From the NCBI GenBank assembly GCA_951406725.2, contig OX597828.1, positions 68,200,001-68,264,000 of the forward strand: DNA of 64,000 nucleotides, in the 5' to 3' direction. A program made the translations under genes and the position numbers. Positions 1-10,900 of the stretch are shown one piece after another. The notes below the pieces were generated by a model. It saw nothing but the letters and a program-made list of their open reading frames with translations. It was not told where the DNA came from and did not search any database. Position 1 is the first letter of the stretch, and the number at the start of each line of letters is the position of its first letter. This DNA comes from Octopus vulgaris. Its lineage: Eukaryota.

Positions 1-1828
1 TATCATCCTTTCAGGATGATAAAATAAATACCAGTTGAGCACTGGAAGGTAATTGATTAGTTTGCTCCCCTCAAAATTTCTGGCCTTGTGCCTGGAGTAG
101 AAAGTATTATTCTTATTTCTAAAGACAGTGGATTGACAAAATACTCTTTATGTTCTGAGTTCAAATCTCAGTAAGGTTAATTTTGCTTTTCTTCCTTCTG
201 AAGTTAATAAAGTACCAGTCATGTGCTGGGTTCAATATAATCAACTGACACCCTATCCCCCACCATTTCAGGCCTTATACCTATGTTAATACCTTGTGTT
301 ATTTGTTACATCCCTATATATGTAGAAAATAGGGTGGGGATAAGTTTCATTTAATTATAGGGATTTTAATTAACTGTAGTCCCTCCTGTCTGAAATGTGT
401 AGCCGTATGACTATATTGGAAAGTGGTGGTCGTGGTGGAGTGACGGAAGCAGGAGAGCATCAGTTGTTTAGTTGTGACACTTTGTTCAAATCCTGCTGAA
501 GTCAAACTTTTCATCCTTCCAGAGTTGATAAACTACCTGTCATATACTGGGGATCAATATTGTCACTTCTGCCTTTAACCCCAAGATTTCAGACTGTGTG
601 TCTATGTAAGAGATTATTATTAAGGGCAGTGGATTGGGCAAATCACGAGAGCACCAACTAAAATATCCTGGAATATTACAACTGTTGATATTCTGAGTTC
701 CACAGGGTTCGTTTAATATTCCTCTGAAGCTGCCAAGATGCAAAGGAAACTGTACAGAAATATTCCTGTTCTCTTCGTTGTTGTTGTTCCATTCCTATAT
801 TTTTATATCAGACACATTGTATAAATATCTCTGGAAACAAAATCGCAAAAATCTAAAAACTATATTTTTTCGTTTGTTATTCTTTGTTGAAATTCTATTT
901 TGGTTGTTTCTGATTCTCTCTTTGACATGAAATTCTTATTCCAGCTGTATTATTTTTCAAGATAAATTGCTATTTTTACTCTTTAGCATTTAAACTGGCC
1001 CCTATATCCAGCCAAAATATTCTGTTTGTTTTATGTTGAAACTGGCCCCTCACACCAACCCTACAATATCATTGTAACAATTAAGTTACCCCATCAAAAT
1101 CTCAAGACTACAAGATAAGGCACGATTCATTCAAAATGAATCATCATCATTTAACGTCCGTTTTCCATGCTAGCATGGGTTGGACGGTTCAACCGGGGTC
1201 TGGGAAGCCAGGAGGCTGCACCAGGCTCCAGTCTGATCTGGCAGAGTTTCTACAGCTGGATGCCCTTCCTAACGCCAACCACTCCATAAGTGTAGTGGGT
1301 GCTTTTTACATGCCACCAGCACAGGTGCCAGGGGAGGCTGACAACAACCACGATCGGTTGGTGCCTTTTACGTGCCACAGAACAATCTGAATGCTAAAGA
1401 GTTAAGATTTCTAATTTATATTCAGCATCCAATAATTGATTGTAAGACAAAAGTTCAATGTTGTTTCTCAGTAGAACTGCAATTTGTCCAGTACCAAGAT
1501 ATTTCATTCTTAAATAGCTCACCTGTAATATACTTATCATGAGGTAGCACTGTAAAATTGAGTGATTTGTTAACTCACTTTTAGTAGAAAACAGAGAGAG
1601 GTGAAATTAGAAATATTAAATTTCTAAATATCTCAGAGAGATATGAGCAGTGGTGGAGCGATAGAGCGGTTGTATACTGTCATCTTAACGTGACAGTCCC
1701 GTAAAGGGGATCACACCACCGCTATTTAGCCCCAGGAAGCATCGACGCTTCCTGTCGGCCTTGACACATTTCCTGTGTCCTTATATTAGCGAAGGGGAGA
1801 CAAGCACCCCCACTAGCGAGGGCCTGCA

Positions 1829-1874
1829 CCTAGAGACATGCTGGTTTCTGAGTCTTGCTCGTCATCAGTCTAGG
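1829..1874 (-). ncRNA. Type I hammerhead ribozyme motif
   Basis: CCUAGA-CUGAUGA-CGAGcaagaCUCA-GAAA-CcagcauG-UC/UCUAGG: 6-bp stem I, intact core, GUC cleavage triplet; C.A mismatch at the base of stem II. Confidence 0.75.
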
Positions 1875-2371
1875 GTAGCCAGTCCTGCTAGCTGAAGATG
1901 TTTGCCAAGCCCTCGCAAATATATATATTTTCAGTGAAATCTATTCACTGATCACCAAAATTAGAAATATAAAATTTCTAAGTGTCTCCTGAATCTGATC
2001 AAGCTATACCAGCTGAAGATGAAATTTCTAGAGGTGTGCAGGTCTAACATTGTGGATTTGGGAACTGACTACTACAAACATGGTCATCCGATTTTGTTGA
2101 AAAAGTAGCCAAATTTCCCTCACATAAAAACTGTAAAAACACAGTGGAAAACGTAGTTTTAAATACCCTTAAACAGATGAACTAGTCATGGCTGGAACGT
2201 CTTTGCTGAATCCTTGAATATGAAAAGACTACAAATTCTTACAAGGTTTTATACAAAGTAACCTCTTCCACAGAACTTATGGTAACCTTCTGTAGTTCCT
2301 GAACCTAACACTCGATTTGTAGCTCTGTGGACAGGTCCATCGAGAATTAAAGAGAAACAAATCTTAGAACA

Positions 2372-2599
2372 TTAACCCTTTTTTTACCATATTTCTGTTG
2401 AGATGCTCTGTGTTTCTTTCAATTACTTTAAATATAACAAAGAATTTAGTAAAATAACTTAGTCATCATTAAGCTAGTGTTGGGAACATAAATTGTGACT
2501 AAGGTTTCATGGAAGATTTTAATTCAAAACTTATGAAAACAAGACATTTTACCACAGAGCCAGAGCCGGTTTCAGCTGGGTGAGTATCAAAAGGGTTAA
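2372..2599. mobile_element. piggyBac-like MITE family 1 (other copies 20539-21041, 55621-55848, 58291-58505)
   Basis: TTAA-CCCTTT...AAAGGG-TTAA ends; four similar copies. Confidence 0.85.
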
Positions 2600-4081
2600 C
2601 TGTAAATCTGTTTTATCAACATTGATATAATTAATGATTAATGCAATTTACTTTCATTATATCATAATTGTATTAATGTCCACTTTTCCATGATTGCATG
2701 AATTAGAGTTTACAGAGGCCATAAAATCTACAGCCAGACCTGTTGCCAATCCTCACCTGTTTCCAAGCAAGGTAATATTTCCCCATGGCCAAAAGTCTTT
2801 TCACAAAATCTTGCAAATGAATGAAACTGCTTGTATGATGACGACACTCGTTTACAACTGTCAGACAATGTCAAAATAACACACACACACACACACACAA
2901 GATGGTATAAATGACAAGGGAACAAGAAATTATGTAATGGACTTCATTAGCTTATAGCAGAAACAGCTGTAGGCTAATTAAAGTTCATTACATAAATTTC
3001 CTGTTACCTTGCTATTTATATAAACCTCTTACTGTGTTTTGCACTCACACTTTTCTCTGAAGCATGTTTATTGAGTAACACCAGGTTATTAGTATCAATG
3101 TTATACATATATATATATATATATATATATGCTTGCTTCCTAGCTACATGGTTTCGGGTTCAGTCCCACTGCGTGGCACTTTGGGTAGGTGTCTTCTGCT
3201 ATAGCCGCGAGTCGACCGAAGCTTTGTGATTGAATTCGGTAGGTGGAAGTTACTGTCGTGTGTGTATGTGTGCGTATAGCTGCTCAGTGCCTCTCCGAAA
3301 GAGAGAGAGAGGGATATGACAATTTGTCTAGCAAATCCACTCATAAGGCTTCAATCGGCCCAGAGATACAGTAGAAGACACTTGCCCAATGTACTACAAG
3401 TGGGGTTGAACCCAAAATCACGTCAGGAAGCAAGCTTCACAGCCACGTCTGCACCTATTTTATACACATAAGTACACCTATACACATGAATGTCTACATT
3501 GGTTCATTTACATAGCACCACTAAACAACCTATAAATATCAGAGGCAGGGGCAACAAGGTGGGTGGGGTGGGAATGACCGTATCAATGGAAGAAAGAAAA
3601 AGAAATGCTGTGACTGTTTAGCCCAAGGCCAGCACTGATCCAGGTGACCTGTCAACAATGAAGAGATTCAATGAGGCCAAAATGACAGAATATTGAATAC
3701 GAAAAATATATAATTAGCCCAAAGGGAAGCAACTCAAATGGGCCAGGGACATCAACTTGTACAAGTAAAGTACTGAATGTTGTATGCAATGGATTTTGAA
3801 GTTAAATTTCCAATTGGAGAAACAGGATAAAGACCTAGCGGCAATTGTTAATGACTCGGAAAGACAATGAGTTATAAATTCTGAAAATCAAAAATATATC
3901 ACTCCAAGTAAGTTTACAAGGGAAGGACACAGGCAAGGGGGAACAACTATGGACATGTTTCAGTCTATTAGACTTCATCCGTTGATCAGTTGAAAAAAAA
4001 ATTTCCCCTTAGATCCTTTTGATTTTTAATTATGCAATGTATACCAGTCATAAATAGTTCTGAAATGATAAAAACATGATT

Positions 4082-4306
4082 TTAACCCCTTAGCATTCAA
4101 ATTACTTTGTCAAATATAATGTTTATTTATTCACATGGTTTTGAATTAATCATGCATTGTAACATTAATTTGAGGCTTTGATAATGTGGATTATGTATTT
4201 CCTGAATAACATTGTAGGATATGTGTGAGAGGCTGGATCTTACCTTTCTGAATGTAAAACAGGATATTTGGGCCAAATGTGGCCTGTTTAAATACTAAAG
4301 GGTTAA
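4082..4306. mobile_element. piggyBac-like MITE family 2 (other copies ~978-1404, 29998-30647, partial ~43330-43520)
   Basis: TTAACCC(C/T)TTAG...CTAAAGGGTTAA ends; shared internal sequence. Confidence 0.75.
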
Positions 4307-4314
4307 ATAGTGTA

Positions 4315-4467
4315 ACACGAAACAAAAACACAACAACCGAATATCATCCATTTGTTTGAATGTTTTACTTTTTTATTCCATCAGAATATGAAACCAGCAG
4401 AACTTTTTTTATAATCTGTTGATTTTTTTTTTCCTTCAAAATTACAATGAATCCATGAATATTTACA
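4315..4467 (-). terminator. Candidate distal polyadenylation signal of CSTF3
   Basis: Minus strand: UGUA motifs (4443-4446, 4464-4467), AATAAA (4372-4377), GU-rich downstream element TTCGGTTGTTGTGTTTTTGTTTCGTGT (~4315-4341). Confidence 0.55.
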
Positions 4468-6200
4468 TATGGACAATTTATAAAATGTAAAAAAAAAAGA
4501 ACAAGTGGATAGGTCAGCCAGACAATGAACTTGTTAACATAAAGAAATATTGCTCTGTTTGGATTTTAAATAAGTATAAAAGACATTAAAATAATAGAGT
4601 TAACCACAGTTAATTGGGGTGGGGGGGGAGATCTCATTTAAAGCTTATGGAAAGCACCTCCCAGCCCCTTAAAAAAATATAGAATTTAATAAGAAATTAT
4701 TACAAACAAGAACACTTATTTCTAAAAGGGTCATAAACTTAATACATGAGATTGATGGTCATCCCCACCTCAACTAAATATTTTATTCTTCCTCCCTATG
4801 AAGGGTGTGACTAGCAGACTTTTTGTTCATAATAGACTGAAGCATTGTAAGTAGTAGTAAAGGGCCAAAATTTGGCAGAGTCATTAGGGCACCAAACAGA
4901 ATGCCTCTGAATAATAATAATAATTATTATTATTATTATTATTTCAGATTCAGGCACAAGGCCAGTGATTTTGAGGGAAGGGGTTTCATTCATACTATCA
5001 CCCTTAGTACTTTATGATTGGTACTTTACTTTGTCAATCCTGAAAGGATGAAAGGCAAAGTTGACCTTGGCAGGATTTGAACTTAGAATATAAAGAATTA
5101 GAAGAAATATTTGCAAGGCATTCCCCCCCTCCCCATATGCTCTAACAGTTCTGCCAACATAGCACCTAATAATAATAGTTTCTAATTAAGGTAGAAGACC
5201 AGTAATATTGAGGGAAGGGGAGTAAGTCAATGCCATCGATCCACCCTCCCACCTGTCCCCAGTACTTGACTGGTACTTTATTTTATCAACCTTGAAAGGT
5301 TTTGAAAGGCAAAGTTGACCCAAGCTGAAAATGAATCCAGAATGTAAAGAACTGAAAGAAATATCACAAGGTCATTTTTACAATGTTGTAGCAATTCTGG
5401 GATTCTGTGATGCTCATGAGGTTTCTAAGAGCATCAGTAACAAAAGGGAAAGGGTTCCAATTTGGAACCATTTAAAGTAAAAAGAAAACAAAATAAATTC
5501 ATTCTGTTGAAACAATTTCGTTTCAGAAAAAAATAAAAGAGGAGAAAATCAATTTAGTGCCAAGTGGACAGGTAGATGGGAGGATTTTACATTTAATTTA
5601 AGATAACGGAGTTGAAGAATCAATCTTTCCATTTCATTAAAATTTCTCAGAGATTTTTTCAAAGGAGATGAGTAAAATTGAAGACTGTGTTGGGAAGATG
5701 CAGAAATTGAAAAAAAATCTATTGTTGTTCCCTTTAGGGATGTTACCATAGAAGATTGGCAGAGGATACCAAAAATTCATAAAATATCGTGGGTAGAGTT
5801 GACTGAAGTGGTGTAAATTCCATTGCAAATCTGTGGATGACGAGCCAAGTTGAGCCCAGAAGATTTTTCAGTGAAAGTGGGGGACACAGAAAATTAAAGA
5901 AATATACTGTCAGGTATATTTGTTCCATTGTTTCACTGTCTCTGTCATCTCTATCACCAACCTCTTATAGAGAATGCCTTTTGATTTACACATCATAAAG
6001 GAAGAATTAATATAGACGAAATATTAAAAAATATAAACAATAAACTTTGATAATGTCAGTAGTGTTGGCTTAAAAGAAATAGAGAGGAGGAGGGGGGTGA
6101 GTTTAAGGAAAGTAAACTGAATATTTAATAAGGAATACTTCTGAGGAGGCACAAAGTCAATTATTGTACCTAGAGGATATATCTATGTGTAGGCACACAA

Positions 6201-6239
<39 letters not shown>

Positions 6240-6758
6240 CACTCACAAACACATAAGACACACGTGCACACACACATATATATATATATGTATGTATGTA
6301 CACACACACAAACAACTCAATAAATCCCAATACATAACTGGTATTGTATCAAGCCACAGAAGGGGTGAGTGAAAGGAAAACCGATTCCCTTGCCTTCCTC
6401 CAGCAGAATCTAAGAAGGGACAAAACTAAAGAATCCAAGACATTCCAATTCCAGTTCAGTGACCAATCCATCATTAAACCTTGGCACCACTATTTACTCA
6501 CCCCCACACATACACCCATGCACTCAATATTGGTCTTTGGAAGATCGTACTGTTTAAATGCTAGCAAGCAGGAAACAAAAAATGCTTTGTAGTTGTTTGG
6601 GGGGGTGAGGTGGAGATTTGAGAAGTGGGGTGGACAAATAAAGAAAAGGTATGGAGGCTGTTTTTTTTTTTATTGGTGTCTAATGTGCAACAACATTAAC
6701 AATGAAACAATCCATCCAAGCTCGCTGATCACAGTAGCCCATGTTTATTCCATACATG

Positions 6759-6790
<32 letters not shown>

Positions 6791-6937
6791 GAGCAGCAGC
6801 AGCAGCAGTGGTCAAAGTCAGTCATCCTAAAGAGGTAGTATGTTTAACTTCATAAAAAATTCAGTTCTAGCATCCTCTTTTCAAGTGACAGTAATACATA
6901 CATACAATTATTTATATATATATATATGATATATACG

Positions 6938-6968
<31 letters not shown>

Positions 6969-7703
6969 CACACACACAAGTACTCATGTATGTATGTATG
7001 TGTTGAAAAAACTGCTAAGATCCCAGAGGAAGCAGGTTTGACCACAATGGAGATATTGAATTTGTGTTTTGTTTTGTTTTTTTTATTTTATTTTCTTTAC
7101 AGTAATATAAAAAGAATAAACCAGTAAGGTTTGATGTGGCTGGCCAAAAATATCAAATGATGATGATGATGATGGTGTTGAAGATGATGATGATGATGTT
7201 GATGGTGATGATGACAACGACAACGTTGGATGAGCTGGTGTGTTTGTAAGTTAGACAAGAGTAACAGTTGTCAATGAGGATTAGACACAGAGCGATTGAG
7301 GCAAAACAATGCACATCAGAAACAAGATGGAGATGAAGCTGAACAAAACTGATCCCAGATAAATTTGAGGGGAACCAAAAAAAAAAAGTGGGGTCAACAG
7401 AGATGATAAGACAGAAATGGATTGAAAATGACATTAAATGTTGACAAAATGTCGGCTACAAATTATACATACATACACATATGTATATATACAAATATAT
7501 ATTACACACACACCACACATGCATATATGTGTAAATTAGATGGAGTTTTAGGAGATGTTTAGAAAAGGCTAAGCTGGAAATGACGTGAGTTGTTAATGAG
7601 GGTGAAGTGAGCAGGTGAGTTGCCAGCAATAATGAGATAGAATTTAGCAAGTTGCCAATAAAGTTTACAAGAGATGAAGTGATGGCTAGCAGGAGGGAGG
7701 TTC

Positions 7704-7909
7704 TCATTTCACTCGTTTCTGCTGTCGACTGCGATAAATGTCATGAAGTGGGGGTTCCAACATCTCAGAATTTTCTTCATCGCTTTCTTCCCCAACCTCT
7801 GTGGTTATTTCTGCTTTGCGTTTCCTCACACCTGTAGCAATCTCTATTGATATTAAGGTTCCAGGGTCAATCTTGGAAGATTCCATTCCATTTTCTATAA
7901 CAACAGGTT
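7704..7909 (-). CDS. CSTF3: CSTF3 last coding exon (...[17 protein letters not shown])
   Basis: CAG acceptor; TGA at 7704-7706; conserved C-terminal HDIYR.RQQKR motif. Confidence 0.95.
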
Positions 7910-10900
7910 CTGCAAAGATAAACATAAAAAAGTTTTTTAATATAAAAATAAAAAGGCAAAGGAAACAAAGTAGCCAAAACCAGAGGCACATGCAAAGCTC
8001 CTTTCAAGTGTTGGGCCTCATGGAGGCAATGACAAATGACCGAGACCTTTGGCATTATGTCAGGCTTGAGAAGAAGACCCACCAAGTCCAGTAAAACCGC
8101 AGTCATGGCAGACACTGGCATCATGCAGATGGCACCTGTGCCAGTGGTACATAAAAGCACCCATTACATTCTCAGAGTGGTTGGCACTAGGAAAGGCATC
8201 CAGCTGTGGAAACATGCCAAGTCAGACTGGAGTCTGGTGCAGCCTCCCAGCTGGCCAACCCTGGTCAAACTGGATTTGTATAAAGGACACACACACAGAC
8301 AGACATTTTGCCGTTTATATATAGAGGGATTGAAGAGGGGCACAGGAGGATGAAGAAAACACTGACCGATGGAACTAAATGTCAAAGGTGATAAATTCCA
8401 CCGATTGACCACTGATTTATTGAGTGGACTGTAGCCATGCTGTGGCATTATCATCATATTTGCCTTCTCAGGCTTACTTATAAAAACGAAATATTTTAAA
8501 CCACTCAACCAAGAATTTGGATGGGAGCTGAATCTTGCTAATTAATAATTAATGAAATACAATAATTACAGTCTAACAATGCAACAGAATAAAATGTAGA
8601 AATAATTTAATAAGAAACAAATAAAGCAAAAAAGATAAAGAAATATAAAAATGAAGAATTATAATGGAACTTACCGTCAGGTAAAGTGACATTTGTGATG
8701 TGTTTGATAAACTGATCTATCATAACAAAGGGACCCTGAAATATAGAAACATTTATAGGTTTATATATGAAATATATATATATACTGTGTTTTAATATTT
8801 TGCTTAGGTGCTGTGATATTGATAACCTGGTGTAGAACTCAATATACAAAGTGATAGTCAAGTGCAGTTTGGTAATAAGAAAAGAGATGACAAAGGAATA
8901 AACAATCCTTTTATGAACTTCATTAGCTTACAGTTGTTTCTGCTATGAGATGTGGTGGACTCATAGCTGAGTGCCTGAGTTACACCTTACAGTTTCAGAC
9001 ATAAGCAAGTGAAGTTCATAAAATGATTGTTCATTCCTTTGCCGTACCTTTACTCATATGCACTGAAAATTTCCTGGTTTTAAAGGTATCATGAAAGGCC
9101 TCTGGAGACCCAATGTTCCGAGTTCTTTTGCAGGGTTTAGAAAAACTGAAGGACCGTTGCAAAAAGTGTGTGAATCTGAGAGGGGAATATATTGAATAAA
9201 CTCATTATTAACTGATCCTCCTGTATTTTCTTTTACCTGAAACCAGGAAGTTTTCAACACCCCCTCATATATATATTATATACACCTATATACATACTGA
9301 AATAGAGTTATAAGAATTGACATGTGAGGGAGACAGAAAGACATAAAACATGAATGTGAAGGAGGAGAGATACAGTTTGTAGACAGAGACCCCTTAGGTT
9401 AAGAAGTTCACTTTGTAATATAACAGAATCGGGGTTTAATTCCAGATTACATATCCTCTACTATCATTTTGGCTCAACCCAAATCATTTAAGTGAATTGG
9501 TCAACAATAACTGAACGCATGTCTACAGCAGGTCCTACACGGCTTGGGAAGCAGGAGGGACCACTTATGTTTAATTTATTTTATCAAACTCAGAAGGATG
9601 AAAAGTAAGGTTTCCTTTTGTCGGATGTGGACTTATAATGTAAAGAGGCCAAGTCGGATACTACAAGGAACTTTGTCTTTTGCTTTTTCTGATTCTGTCA
9701 ATCCACTGGTTTCAAATTTTGGCACAAGGCCAGCAAGTTCAGGGGAGGAGGCTAGTTGATTACATATATATATATATATATATGCATGCAAGTATGCATG
9801 TATACATATATTACATACAATGCCTCATTAATTATGTAACAGGACTGCTTGACACTGTGTGTATGTGTGTGTAAAACACATAGTCTATCTTTGGTATGGT
9901 AAAAACAAAACATTGCACATACCAAACTACCTAAAGTACACAAAATGGTAAGTGTAATGAAAGCATTCATTAAAATAATAGTAAATAATTTCTTCATTTG
10001 CTATAAGGGGATAATAATGACAGCAGCAGCAGCATCACTGCCGTCATCGTCGTCATCAGAGTATTCTTAGTTGGCCTTCATTGACAAATATCTTAGTTGT
10101 TTTCTATTGCAAGGGGTGTAAAAGTTGATGACTCTTGAGTGTTGGGGGTTATTGAGTGCCTCAGTGAATATATCTCATTAAGAACGTCACAAGAACAAAT
10201 AAGATTAGCAACTTACATGGAAACAATTTGGTGGTGGTAACAAGGTGAGGAGGTGTGCAGCCGCTGGTGGGGGAGGGAAAACTCCACCTGGCATGGGATG
10301 AGCACCTGAAGCTGAAGAACAAAGAGAAAATTTCAAAAGTCAACAGAAAGCAGAAGGATTTTATTGGTGCTTTTAGGTTTGATAAATATTTTTTTCTTAA
10401 TTTCTTTGACAGAAATCTGTCAACAACCATCTGACACAGTTAAGCAAAATAGTATGGAGGTTCGTTACGGTGATTTATAAGTCCACTGGAGTAATTAGAT
10501 GCTGTTCCTACAACCAGAAATTAAACCACAGTTTAACCCTTTAACATTTTTATGCTTATTCATTCATATTATTGCCAGAGTGGCTAACTGGCTTCCATGC
10601 CGGTGGCATGTAGGAGGCACCATTCGAGCGAGATTGTTACCAGCATTGCCTTACTGGCACCTGTGCTGTTGGCATGTATAAAAAAAAAATTCAAGCGATG
10701 TTGTTGTCAGTACCGCCTGACTGGCCCCCATGCCGGTGGCATGTAAAAGTACCCACTACACTCTCGGAGTGGTTAGCGTTAGGAAGGGCATCCAGCTGTA
10801 GAAACTCTGCCAGATCAAGATTGGAGCCTGGTGCAGCCATCTGGTTCGCCAGCCCTCAGTCAAAATCGTCCAACCCATGCTAGCATGGAAAGCGGACATT

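Noticed and set aside
1136-1390. Recurrent ORFs such as [14 protein letters not shown]...[12 protein letters not shown]
   Set aside because: Chance open frames of SINE family A; similar peptides appear at every copy.
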